A program made the position numbers and the translations under genes. Positions 17,502 to 29,539 of a stretch of DNA of 64,000 nt are shown here, piece by piece (position 1 is the stretch's first letter; every line of letters begins with the position of its first letter). The stretch lies in contig OY970392.1 in assembly GCA_963720455.1 (NCBI GenBank), forward strand, positions 1,379,745 to 1,443,744. Direction: 5' to 3'. The notes beneath the pieces were generated by a model that saw only the letters and a list, made by a program, of their open reading frames with translations, ran no database searches and was not told the DNA's origin. The stretch comes from an uncultured Thermoleophilia bacterium (GTDB taxonomy: Bacteria > Actinomycetota > Thermoleophilia > Solirubrobacterales > 70-9).

Positions 17502-19868
17502 GTGGGGGCCATCCAGGTGGGAGTTCAGTCCATCCAGGGCAATCGGAACATCCAGATCCAGGACGTCGAACGGTCCCTGATCGAGATCACCTACGACGAG
17601 ACTCCGCGCACGGTTCCGCTGGAACCCGCCCACGTCCCTGCCATGGCCCGATCGCCCTCTCTGGCTCGCTCGGTGCGCGCGCATGCGGGTGTCGTTCCGT
17701 ATCTCGATCGCGGCGGCTTCCTCGCCGATCTCGAGAGCTGGATCGACACCGAGTCGGCGTTCGCCGGCAGCGTGATCGGCGGACGCGGGGGGAGCGGAAA
17801 GACCAGGCTCGCGGTCGAGCTGTGCGAGGGTCTTCGAGGCAGAAACTGGCTCTGCGGCTTTCTGTCCCGCATCGCCGACCCCGCCATGCTGGACGCACTG
17901 GTCCATGCCCCCACGGCGAGGCTCGTGGTCGTCGACTACGCGGAGTCGCGAGTGGAGCAGCTGCAGCTGCTCCTCCCCCTGCTCGAGGCAGACGCCACGG
18001 CGGAGGCGCCGGTGCGGGTGCTTCTGCTCGTACGCGCAGCTCCCTCACAGGCCAAGCACTGGCCAGGCCGCCTGCGGAACCAGATCGACACCCTCGACGC
18101 GGTCCTCGACGCCTGCGAGGTGCGACTGCTGGAGGACGCGCCGCTGCAGATCGCCGATCGCACGAGGCTGTTCGAGGCCGCGGCCGCCGCCTTCGCGGCC
18201 CGCCTCGACCCACCGGCCCCGGTACCGGGGCCGCCGGAGCTGAACGGGGAGGTCTTCGGAAATCCCCTGATGATCGTCATCGCCGCCTACCTGGCCGCGC
18301 ACGGGAATGCCGCACCGCCGTCGACCCGGACCGAGCTCCTGGACGAGGTGCTTGCCCACGAGCGCCGCTACTGGCGAGAGAGCTCGGAGGCGATCGACGG
18401 CGACGACGTCCTGCTGGAACGCCTCGTGGCCCTGGCAACCCTGACGTATGCGGAGAACGAAGCCGACGCGGCGGACCTGCTGCGCCTGCTTCCCGACCTC
18501 GCCGATGCGCCCACGGAGCGGCGCAATCGCCTCGCCCGATGGATCCGCGAGCAGTATCCCGGGCCCCGCTGGTGGAATCCGCTCGAACCCGACCTGGTGG
18601 GGGAGCATCTCGTCGCCGAGTGCTTTACCGACCAGCCGGAGTCTCTGCGCACAGTGCTCGGCGGCACCCACCCGGACGCGATCACCAGACCGCTGGAAGT
18701 GCTCGCTCGCGCGGCCGGCGATCACCCCGACCTCGAGGCCACCCTGCGACCGATCCTCAGCGGACTCTTGGAGCAGCTCTGCCGGATCGCCGTCTCCCAG
18801 GCCGAGAGCGCGAAGGACCGCAACCTCCTCTACGGCAACGCGGTGACGGCGGCCGGCGCCCTCGCCTCGGCGCTCGAGGTCGTGGAGGTGGAGGCAGATG
18901 CCCTCTCCGCCGGACTCGCAGCGGTGCCATCCCAGGGGAACATGCTCCTGAACGAGCTCGGAGTGACCTTGACCGGGCAGCAGGTCGCCCGGCGTCGCTC
19001 GGATGCGGCCGCCTCCGCCGCCGACAGGGCCAGGCTCGCCCTGGCTCTGAACAACCACTCCAACTGGCTCGACCGTACGGGTCGCGGTGTTGATGCGCTG
19101 GGGGCGATCGAAGAGTCCGTCAGCACCTATCGCTCGCTCGCCGCCGCCGACCCGGTCTACCTGCCGTACCTGGCAACCGCCCTGAACAACCTCTGCGGGT
19201 ACGCGGCGCGGGCCGGGCGGCACGAGGAAGCGCTGGAGGCGGTCGAAGAGTCGGTTGAGATCCGGCGGTCCCCGGCCGCCGCCAACGTCACCGACCAGGA
19301 CGACGACCTCGCCGGCGTGCTCAACAACCTCTCGAATTGCCTCTGGTATGCCGGCCGCTACGAGGAGGGGCTGGAGGCGGTCGAAGAGTCGGTTGACGCC
19401 TACCGTCAACTGGCCGCCGACGGGTCTGCGCTCTATGAGATGCGCCTGGCGATAGCCCTCAGCAACCTCTCCAACTGCCTCGCGTTTCTCGGCCGGCACG
19501 AGGAGGCGCTGGAGGCGATCGAAGAGTCGGTTGAGATCCGGCGGCGGTTGGCCGCCGACAAGCCCGCCGCCTATGAGGCCGACCTGGCAAGGGCCCTGAA
19601 CAACCTGGGTCGCTGCCTGATGGAATCGGACCGCGAGGCAGAGGCGCTGGAGGCGCTCGAGGAGTCGGCCGACATATTCCGCGCCCTGGCTGTCGCCCGC
19701 CCGGCGGCCCATGAGAGCGAACTGGCGAAAGCGCTGGCCAATCTCGCGAATTGCCTGAAACGATGCGGACGCGATCGTGACGCGACGGCTGTGATCCGGG
19801 AGCTCAGTCGGCTGACGACGTCAGCGCCAGAGCAAGTCACGGCGCCCACTGCACCCCGCCTCAGCTGA
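17502..19868 (+). CDS. STAND-class P-loop NTPase (NB-ARC/NACHT-like) with C-terminal TPR array
   Basis: GTG start. Walker A is GGRGGSGKTRLA and Walker B is RLVVVDYAE. At least five TPR units of about 42 aa follow (LNNLSNCL...GR.EEALEA.EESV..RR.LAA). Confidence 0.8.
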   Translation: MGAIQVGVQSIQGNRNIQIQDVERSLIEITYDETPRTVPLEPAHVPAMARSPSLARSVRAHAGVVPYLDRGGFLADLESWIDTESAFAGSVIGGRGGSGKTRLAVELCEGLRGRNWLCGFLSRIADPAMLDALVHAPTARLVVVDYAESRVEQLQLLLPLLEADATAEAPVRVLLLVRAAPSQAKHWPGRLRNQIDTLDAVLDACEVRLLEDAPLQIADRTRLFEAAAAAFAARLDPPAPVPGPPELNGEVFGNPLMIVIAAYLAAHGNAAPPSTRTELLDEVLAHERRYWRESSEAIDGDDVLLERLVALATLTYAENEADAADLLRLLPDLADAPTERRNRLARWIREQYPGPRWWNPLEPDLVGEHLVAECFTDQPESLRTVLGGTHPDAITRPLEVLARAAGDHPDLEATLRPILSGLLEQLCRIAVSQAESAKDRNLLYGNAVTAAGALASALEVVEVEADALSAGLAAVPSQGNMLLNELGVTLTGQQVARRRSDAAASAADRARLALALNNHSNWLDRTGRGVDALGAIEESVSTYRSLAAADPVYLPYLATALNNLCGYAARAGRHEEALEAVEESVEIRRSPAAANVTDQDDDLAGVLNNLSNCLWYAGRYEEGLEAVEESVDAYRQLAADGSALYEMRLAIALSNLSNCLAFLGRHEEALEAIEESVEIRRRLAADKPAAYEADLARALNNLGRCLMESDREAEALEALEESADIFRALAVARPAAHESELAKALANLANCLKRCGRDRDATAVIRELSRLTTSAPEQVTAPTAPRLS

Positions 19869-19906
19869 CGATCTCCCGAGCGCGTCGGTAGGGTTGCGCG
19901 CCGCTG

Positions 19907-21130
19907 ATGCGCTTCTACGAGTTCGAGGCACGCAGGATCGTCGAGCTGGCCGGGATCCCGGTCACCAGGTACGGCTTCTGCAAGACGGCCGAGGAGGCCG
20001 GTGCCGCCGCCGAGGAGATCGGCGGCCCGGTCGTGATCAAGTCGCAGGTCCTTTCCGGTGGCCGGATGAAGGCCGGCGGCGTCAAGTTCGCCGACACCCC
20101 CGAGGAGGCCGCGGCGCACGCCGAGGCGATCCTGCAGCTGGAGATCAACGGCCAGATGCCGCGCGGCGTCCTCGTCGATCCCAAGGCCGAGGTCAAGCAG
20201 GAGTACTACGCGAGCGTCGTCTGGGACGGGACCGCGAAGAAACCGCTGATGCTGTTCAGCGACATGGGCGGGATCGACATCGAGGAGGTGGCCGAGAAGC
20301 ATCCGGATCACGTCGGCAGAGGCCACGTCTCCAATCTCTTCCCGATTCCGGACTTCGAGGCCAAGCAGGTCGTCGCCGCGACCGGGGTCACCGGCTCGCA
20401 GCTGAACCGCGCCACCCCGGTGCTGGCCCGGCTCGCCCGCCTCTTCCGCGACTACGACATGACCCTGGCCGAGATCAACCCGCTGGCCGAGCTGACCGAC
20501 GGCAGCTTCGTCGCCCTCGACGCCCACATGGAGATGGAGGCCGAGGCGGTCGGGCGCCAGAAAAAGCTGCTTCGCAAGCAGCTGGAGATCGCCGAGGACG
20601 ACACCCGTGAGACCTACGAGCCCTCCGACTTCGAGCGCAACGTCGCCGCGATCGACGCCGCCGACCACCGCGGCGTGATCCAGGGCAAGGACCACGGCTT
20701 CGAGGGCAACCTCGGCCTCGTGATCGGCGCCGGCGGCGGCTCGCTGACCCTCACCGACGCGGTCCGCAGCCAGGGCGGCAAGCCCGCCAACTACTCCGAG
20801 ATCGGCGGCAACCCCTCCGTCGCCAAGGCCTGCGGCCTGGCCAAGGAGGTGCTGGAGAAGGACGGCGTCGAGAAGATCGCGGTGATGATGTCGATCGTCT
20901 CCAACACCCGCGTCGACATCGTCGCCCGCGGCGTCATCAAGGCCTGTCTCGAGCTCGGCAAGGACCCCGGCGAGACGATCGCGATCTTCCGCATCCCCGG
21001 CGCCTGGGAGGACGAGGGCTTCAAGATCCTCGAGCGCTACGGGGTCGAGTACTGCGACCGCTCGGTCTCGATGTGGGAGGCCGCCAGCCGCGCCGTCGCC
21101 AAGATCCAGGGGGAGGCGGCCGCCGCATGA
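19907..21130 (+). CDS. Succinyl-CoA-synthetase-like ATP-grasp beta subunit (divergent; acid substrate uncertain)
   Basis: The ATP-grasp N-terminus (FYEFEARRIV..., VVIKSQVLSGGRMKAGGVKF) and EINPL are present. It diverges markedly from canonical SucC in the C-terminal half. Confidence 0.75.
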   Translation: MRFYEFEARRIVELAGIPVTRYGFCKTAEEAGAAAEEIGGPVVIKSQVLSGGRMKAGGVKFADTPEEAAAHAEAILQLEINGQMPRGVLVDPKAEVKQEYYASVVWDGTAKKPLMLFSDMGGIDIEEVAEKHPDHVGRGHVSNLFPIPDFEAKQVVAATGVTGSQLNRATPVLARLARLFRDYDMTLAEINPLAELTDGSFVALDAHMEMEAEAVGRQKKLLRKQLEIAEDDTRETYEPSDFERNVAAIDAADHRGVIQGKDHGFEGNLGLVIGAGGGSLTLTDAVRSQGGKPANYSEIGGNPSVAKACGLAKEVLEKDGVEKIAVMMSIVSNTRVDIVARGVIKACLELGKDPGETIAIFRIPGAWEDEGFKILERYGVEYCDRSVSMWEAASRAVAKIQGEAAAA

Positions 21131-22044
21131 GCATCCTCCTGAACCGCGAGACCACCTTCATCGTGCAGGGGATCACCGGCCGCGAGGCGGTCAACCTGAC
21201 CCGCGAGTGCCTCGACTACGGCTCCAAGGTCGTCGGCGGCGTCACCCCCGGCCGCAAGGGCCGCGAGGTCCACGGCGTGCCGGTCTTCGACACCGTCGCC
21301 CAGGCGGTCGAGCACCACGGCGGCCCGATCGACGGCTCCGTCGTCACCGTCCCCCCCGCCTTCACCAAGGACGCCGTCTTCGAGGCGATCTTGAACGGGA
21401 TCAAGCTGATCGTGATCGTCACCGAGCGGATCCCGCGCGGCGACGTCGCCCAGATGGTCGAGCTGGCGAACACCGAGGGCGCCCGGATCATCGGCCCCAA
21501 CTGCCTCGGCCTGATCGTCCCCGACGTCTGCAAGATGGGCGGAATAGGTGGTCCCGCCGTAGACGCGGCCAAGGCCTACGCGCCCGGCCCGGTCGGGGTG
21601 ATGAGCCGCTCCGGCGGGATGACCACCGAGATCTCCTCCTCGCTGACCCAGGCCGGGCTCGGCGTCTCCACCGCCGTCTCGATCGGCGGCGACGCGATCA
21701 TCGGCTCCGCCTACGCGGAGCTGATGCCCTACTTCGAGGCCGACGAGGAGACGAAGGCGATCGTCATCTACACCGAGCCCGGCGGCCGCATGGAGGCCCA
21801 GCTCTCGGAGTGGGTGAAGGAGAACGACTCGCGCCTGCCGATCGTCGCCTTCATGGCCGGCAAGTTCATGGACGACGAGGAGATGAAGGGGATGAGCTTC
21901 GGCCACGCGGGCACCATCGTCGAGGGGGTAGAGGACACGGCGACGGAGAAGATCGCCCGCCTCGAAGCGGCCGGCATCCGCGTCGTCGAGCGGATCGACG
22001 AGATCCCCGACGCGGTCAAGCAGAAGCTCGAGGTTCCAGCCTGA
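21127..22044 (+). CDS. Succinyl-CoA-synthetase-like alpha subunit (CoA-binding, phosphohistidine)
   Basis: ATGA overlap with the beta subunit. Contains FIVQGITGREA, GPNCLGLI, MSRSGGMTTE and the phosphohistidine loop SFGHAGTIV. Confidence 0.85.
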   Translation: MSILLNRETTFIVQGITGREAVNLTRECLDYGSKVVGGVTPGRKGREVHGVPVFDTVAQAVEHHGGPIDGSVVTVPPAFTKDAVFEAILNGIKLIVIVTERIPRGDVAQMVELANTEGARIIGPNCLGLIVPDVCKMGGIGGPAVDAAKAYAPGPVGVMSRSGGMTTEISSSLTQAGLGVSTAVSIGGDAIIGSAYAELMPYFEADEETKAIVIYTEPGGRMEAQLSEWVKENDSRLPIVAFMAGKFMDDEEMKGMSFGHAGTIVEGVEDTATEKIARLEAAGIRVVERIDEIPDAVKQKLEVPA

Positions 22045-22289
22045 TGGCCGAGCAGCTGAACAAGGTCTTCATCGACGTCGAGGTCGACGCCTCCGTCGCC
22101 GGCGACGCGGCGATCGCCGCCAAGCTGGAGGAAGTCTGCCCCGTCGACATCTTCAAGGACGCCGGCGGCAAGGTCGAAGTCGTCGAGGGGAACCTCGACG
22201 AGTGCGTCCTCTGCAAGCTCTGCATCGAAGCGGCCCCTGCGGGCACCGTGCACGTCAAAAAGCTCTACGACGGCACCGAGCTGAACTGA
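22044..22289 (+). CDS. Small ferredoxin-like protein (single Cys4 cluster motif)
   Basis: 81 aa. The start overlaps the alpha-subunit stop (TGATG). Cysteines are arranged as CP...CVLCKLC. Third codon positions are very G/C-rich, consistent with real coding. Confidence 0.65.
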   Translation: MAEQLNKVFIDVEVDASVAGDAAIAAKLEEVCPVDIFKDAGGKVEVVEGNLDECVLCKLCIEAAPAGTVHVKKLYDGTELN

Positions 22290-22934
22290 GCGGCGGCTTC
22301 CTCGCGAAGCCGCTCGGGCACGACGACCATCCCGCGCAGCTCCTCGAGCAGGGCCGCGTCTCCTTCGACCTCGACCCCCGGCACGGTGGCGTCGACGACC
22401 AGGGCCACCAGGATCTCGATCGGCGCGCCGGAAAGGATCAGCTCGGCGTCGCCGACGGTACCCCTGGAGGCGTCGATCCAGCCGTCGTGGGCGTGCAGGG
22501 CGAAGCTCTGTCCGCCGCTGCGCAGCCCCAGCCTGAACTCCGCCTCGGGGGGCGGATGCAGGAGCGCACGCAGCGCGTTGGGCAGCGAAGAGGGAGCCAG
22601 GCCGACGATGTCCTCCGCCTTCTGCAACTGCATCCCCCAGCGCCCCAGCTCGATCATCGGCCGTTCCAGGCCGCGGCCGAGATCGGTCAGCTCGTAGACG
22701 GTGGCGGCGACCGGCGCCGCCAGCTCGCGGCGCTCGACGATGCCGTCCCCTTCGAGGTCGCGCAGCCGCTTGGTGAGCACGTCGGTCGGGGCGCCGCCGA
22801 CCGAGCGCGCCAGCTCGGAGAAGCGCAGCGGGCCGAGCGAGAGCTCGCGCACGATCAGCAGCGACCAGCGCTCGCCGATCGCGGTCGAGCGCGCAGGCGA
22901 GGCTGCAGGCCTGACCGTATTCCCGGCGACCCAT
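22265..22934 (-). pseudogene. HxlR-type winged-helix regulator fused to an SCP2-like C-terminal domain; frame broken once
   Basis: The N-terminus MGRREYGQACSLA.ALD is in one frame (ATG 22934). IGERWSLLIVRELSLGPLRFSEL continues in another frame. One extra base at about 22880 separates them, and the total length is 3n+1. Confidence 0.7.
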
Positions 22935-22964
22935 GCACGATCATCGTAACAGCATTGATTTGTT

Positions 22965-22986
22965 TTTCAAAGCACTTGCTTTGAAA
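22965..22986. promoter_or_regulatory. AT-rich palindrome in the divergent HxlR/MMPL intergenic region (candidate operator)
   Basis: TTTCAAAGCA-CT-TGCTTTGAAA: perfect 10-bp arms in an otherwise GC-rich region. Confidence 0.5.
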
Positions 22987-23045
22987 TCTGGTACGGTGCC
23001 CGGCGTGTCTCACGTCCCCACCTCCGGGCTCGTTCCAGATCTCGT

Positions 23046-25181
<2,136 letters not shown>

Positions 25182-25261
25182 CTTCTCCCAAAGCATGGCC
25201 TGGCCGGCCGAGGGCGCGCCGCGAGGCGCTTTCCCCACCTGCCCATGTGCGATCGGTCACA

Positions 25262-25291
25262 TTACCCGCATATAAATTTATATCCGGGTAA
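25262..25291. promoter_or_regulatory. 30-bp palindrome immediately upstream of the TetR gene (candidate TetR operator)
   Basis: TTACCCGCATATAAA/TTTATATCCGGGTAA: 15-bp arms with one mismatch. It ends 5 nt before ATG 25296. Confidence 0.55.
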
Positions 25292-25295
25292 CTGG

Positions 25296-25958
25296 ATGGC
25301 ATCGGCTACTGAGCCCCGCACGCGGCTGTCGCGAGAGGACCGGATGGAGCAGACGCTCGGCGGTCGCCCACGACCTCTTCGCCGAACGCGGCTACGCGGC
25401 CGTGAAGATGGATGAGATCGCGGCTGCGGTCGGAGTCACCAAGCCCCTCCTCTACAACTACTTCGGCAACAAGGAGCGGCTCTACATCGCCTGCATGGAA
25501 CAGGCGGGGGACGCGCTGACGACGACGGTCGCCCGCGAGGCGGTCGCGCCAGCGCCAGCCCCGGCGACGCGCTCGGCGCCGGTGTCCGCGCCTTCTTCGC
25601 CTTCCTCGACAGCGACCGCGCCGCCTGGGCCGTGCTCTTCGACGAGACCCTCCCCCGCAGCGGCGAGGTCTTCGAGCGGGTCGCCGAGTACCGCGGCCGG
25701 ATCGTCGACCTGGTCTCCGGCACGATGCTGGCGCAGCTGCCGCACGAGCGCCGCGACGCCGCCCGGATCGAGGTCGAGGCGCTCTCCGCCGCGCTGCTCG
25801 GCGCCGCCGAGGCACTCGCCCGCTGGTGGCTGCACACCGGGGCGATCGGCGCCGACGAGGCCGCCGAGCTCCTGATCGCGACGATCGAGCCCGGCCTGCG
25901 CGCCCGCTCGGCGCCCACGACTTCCCACGCCCCCGGAAAAGGACCGACCACCAGATGA
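25296..25958 (+). pseudogene. TetR-family regulator; frame broken twice
   Basis: MASATEPRTRLSREDRMEQTLG, then (+1 at about 25362) VAHDLFAERGYAAVKMDEIAAAVGVTKPLLYNYFGNKERLY (the HTH), then (-1 at about 25548) SPGDALGAGVRAFFAFLDSDRAAWAVLF... The stop overlaps the thiolase start (ATGA). Confidence 0.75.
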
Positions 25959-27251
25959 ACAGCAAGACCCGCCGGGTTGCCGTCGTCGGCGGCAACCGGA
26001 TCCCCTTCGCGCGCTCGGACAGCGCCTACGCGCACGCCTCCAACCAGGACATGCTCACCGCCGCCCTCGACGGGCTCGTCGACCGCTTCGGCCTCAGGGC
26101 GAGACGCTCGGCGAGGTCGCCGGCGGCGCCGTCCTCAAGCACTCCCACGACCGCGACCTGGCGCGCGAGAGCGTGCTCAGCACCCGCCTCGCCCCCGAGA
26201 CCCCCGCCTACGACGTCCAGCAGGCCTGCGGCACCGGCCTGGAGGCGACGATCCTGGTCGCCAACAAGATCGCCCTCGGCCAGATCGACGTCCGGCATCG
26301 CCTGCGGCGCCGACACCACCTCCGACGCCCCGATCGGCCTCAACGAGCAGCTGCGCGAGACGCTGCTGGAGGCGAACCGGCAGCGCTCGACGGCCGGCAA
26401 GCTGCAGCGCCCTGGCCGGCGTCCGCCCGGGCCACATCGTGCCCGCGATCCCCCGCAACGAGGAGCCCCGCACCGGCCTCTCGATGGGCGAGCACTGCGC
26501 GATCATGGCCACCGAATGGGAGATCGGCCGCGCGGAGCAGGACGAGCTCGGCGCTGGCCAGCCACCAGAACCTCGCCGCCGCCTACGAGCGCGGCTTCCT
26601 CGACGACCTGATCACCCCCTACCTCGGCCTCGAGCGCGACCAGAACCTGCGCCCCGACTCGAGCCTCGAGAAGCTGGCGAAGCTGAAGCCGGTCTTCGGC
26701 GGCCCCGAGGGGACGATGACCGCGGCCAACTCGACCCCGCTCAGCGACGGCGCCTCGGCGGTGCTGCTCGCCTCCGAGGAGTGGGCGAAGGAGCGCGACC
26801 TGCCGATCCTCGCCTACGTCACCGAGGCCCAGACCGCGGCCGTCGACCACGTCCACAAGCGCGAAGGACTGCTGATGGCGCCCGCCTACGCGATGCCGCG
26901 GATGCTCGACCGCGCCGGCCTCGCCCTGCAGGACTTCGACTACTACGAGATCCACGAGGCCTTCGCCGCGCAGGTGCTCTGCACGCTGAAGGCCTGGGAG
27001 GATGCCGAGTTCTGCAGGGAGAAGCTGGGGCCGCGACGAAGCCGCTCGGCTCGATCGACCGCGCGAAGCTCAACGTCAACGGCGGCTCGCTCGCCGCCGC
27101 CCACCCGTTCGCGGCGACCGGCGGCCGCATCGTCGCCGGCCTCGCCAAGCAGCTGCACGAAGACGGCAGCGGCCGGGGCGTGATCAGCATCTGCGCCGCC
27201 GGCGGCCAGGGCGTCGTCGCGATCCTCGAGAGCGCCGGAGGGACCGGATGA
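25955..27251 (+). pseudogene. Acetyl-CoA acetyltransferase/thiolase (FadA2-like); frame broken five times
   Basis: Thiolase sequence is recovered across frames (RVAVVGGNRIPFARS, VQQACGTGLEA, IACGADTTSDAP, NVNGGSLAAAHPFAATGGR, ISICAAGGQG). Shifts are at about 26095 (-1), 26293 (+1), 26408 (+1), 26550 (+1) and 27030 (-1). Length is 3n+1. Confidence 0.8.
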
Positions 27252-28578
27252 GCGACCGCTACTCGCAGATCGTCAACGCGCCCGTCGTCTCGACGGTCGC
27301 CAAGCAGCTGGGGCTGCCGCAGCCGGTCAGCCTCGACCGCTACGAGCCCGGCGCGCCGGTCGTCTCCGGGCCGGTCCTCAGCGGCGCCGCGCCCGGCGGC
27401 CGCCTCGGCAAGGCCCTGCCCGCCTTCCTCGACTCGATCAAGGCCGAACGCGCCGGCGCCGAGGGCAGGGCGAAGGCGCTGCGTCTTCGACGCCACCGGC
27501 ATCGCCGACTCGACCGAGCTGGTCGAGCTGCAGCGCTTCTTCCACCCGGCCGTGGGACGGCTGCAGCGCAGCGGCCGCGTCGTCGTGATCGGCACACCGC
27601 CGGCCGCAGCCGGCTCCGCCCGCGCTCACACCGCCCAGCGGGCGCTGGAGGGCTTCACCCGCTCGCTCGCCAAGGAGATCGGCGGCCACGGCTCGACCGC
27701 GCAGCTGGTCTACGTCGCCGCCGGCGCCGAGGACCAGCTCGCCTCGACCCTGCGCTTCCTGCTCTCGCCGCGCTCGGCCTACGTCTCCGGCCAGGTGGTG
27801 CGGATCGGCGCCGGCGTCGCGCCGACCCCGGAGATCGAGTGGGAGCGCCCGCTCGACGGCAAGGTGGCGCTGGTCACCGGCGCCTCGCGCGGGATCGGCG
27901 CCGCGATCGCCGACACCCTCGCCCGCGACGGCGCCAAGGTGGTCGGCCTCGACGTGCCGCAGGCCGCCGACGATCTGCGCGCCGTCACCGGGGCGATCGG
28001 CGGCGCCCATCCAATCGGCATCGACATCACCGCCGAGGACGCTCCCGAGCGGATCGCCGGGCACCTCTCCGACGGCGTCGACGTCGTCGTCCACAACGCC
28101 GGCGTTACCAAGGACCGCACGATCGCGAAGATGCCCGAAGAGCGCTGGGCGCAGCTGCTGGAGATCAACCTCTCCAGCGAGGAGCGGATCAACGACGCCC
28201 TGCTCGACGCAGAGCTGCTGCGGCCGAACGGCCGCATCGTCGGCGTCTCCTCGATGGCCGGGATCGCCGGCAACAACGGCCAGACCAACTACGCCGCCTC
28301 GAAGGCGGGCGTGATCGGGATGGTCGAATCGCTGGCGCCGGAGCTGGCCAGCCCGCGGAGCGACGATCAACGCCGTCGCCCCCGGCTTCATCGAGACGAA
28401 GATGACGGCGGCGATGCCGATCGGCCCGCGCGAAGCCGGTCGCCGGCTCAGCAGCCTCTCCCAGGGCGGCCTGCCGGTCGACGTCGCCGAGACGATCGCC
28501 TGGTTCGCCAGCCCCGCCTCGACCGGGGTCAACGGCAACACCGTCCGCGTCTGCGGCCAGAGCCTGCTGGGGGCCTGA
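27248..28578 (+). pseudogene. Two-domain 3-oxoacyl reductase (FabG4-like SDR); frame broken twice
   Basis: ATGA overlap with the thiolase. Has a non-catalytic N-domain and then an SDR domain ([45 protein letters not shown]). Shifts are at about 27482 (+1) and about 28354 (+1). Length is 3n+2. Confidence 0.8.
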
Positions 28579-28579
28579 C

Positions 28580-29539
28580 GTGCCGACCCGCACCCTCGAC
28601 AGCTCACCCAGCATCCTGCCGCTCTACGCACGGGCGGCGGCGCCGATGGTCCCGGGCGCCTCACTGCTGCCGTTCATCCCCGGCGGCGGCGGCGAGATCC
28701 CTGACCTCGACCTGCGACTGGCGGGCGTCAGCGCCGACCCGGCCGACGTCGCCGCCTACGCCAAGGTCTGCGGCTTCGCGCTGCGCGACCACCTCCCCCC
28801 CACCTACCCGCACGTGCTCGCCTTCCCGCTGCACATGGCGGTGATGGCCGACGGCGGCTTCCCCTTCGGCGCCGTCGGCCTGGTCCACATCGAGAACCGG
28901 ATCGAGCAGCACCGCCCGCTCGGGATCGGCGAGGAGCTGACGATCCGCGTCCGCCCGACCAAGCTGCAGCCGCACCCCAAGGGCCGGACCTTCTCACTGC
29001 TGACCGAGGTCACCGCCGGCGACGAGCTCGTCTGGGCGAGCGAGAGCACGATGCTGCGTCGCGGCAAGGGCGGCGCGGACGCAGTTTCCGCCGGTATGCG
29101 GCGGGAAGTACGTCCGGGCGACGCCGGGACCGATTTCCGGGCCCTACCCGCCGACGCCCCGGCCAGCGCCGAGTGGAAGCTCGGCGGCGACCTCGGCCGC
29201 CGCTACGCCGCCGTCTCCGGCGACCGCAACCCGATCCACATGCACTCGCTGACCGCGAAGCCGCTCGGGTTCCCGGCGGCGATCGCGCATGGCATGTGGA
29301 CGAAGGCCCGCTGCCTGGCGGCCCTCGACAGCCGCCTGCCCGACTCTTTTGCCGTCGACGTCCGCTTCCGCAAGCCGATCCTGCTGCCCGGGCGCGTCGA
29401 GTTCGCCGGCGCGGAGGAGGGCGGAGAGATCACCTTCGCCGTCCGCGACGCCAAGCGGCAGACCCCTCATCTCGACGGTCGCGTGCGACCGCTCGAGTCC
29501 AACTCGAAAGCCAAGACCGGAAGGAAGAAGGCCAGATGA
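28580..29539 (+). CDS. Double hot-dog MaoC-like dehydratase (HtdX-like)
   Basis: 319 aa, with a GTG start 1 nt after the reductase stop. The C-terminal half carries the MaoC motif YAAVSGDRNPIHMH...AIAHGMW. Confidence 0.8.
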   Translation: MPTRTLDSSPSILPLYARAAAPMVPGASLLPFIPGGGGEIPDLDLRLAGVSADPADVAAYAKVCGFALRDHLPPTYPHVLAFPLHMAVMADGGFPFGAVGLVHIENRIEQHRPLGIGEELTIRVRPTKLQPHPKGRTFSLLTEVTAGDELVWASESTMLRRGKGGADAVSAGMRREVRPGDAGTDFRALPADAPASAEWKLGGDLGRRYAAVSGDRNPIHMHSLTAKPLGFPAAIAHGMWTKARCLAALDSRLPDSFAVDVRFRKPILLPGRVEFAGAEEGGEITFAVRDAKRQTPHLDGRVRPLESNSKAKTGRKKAR

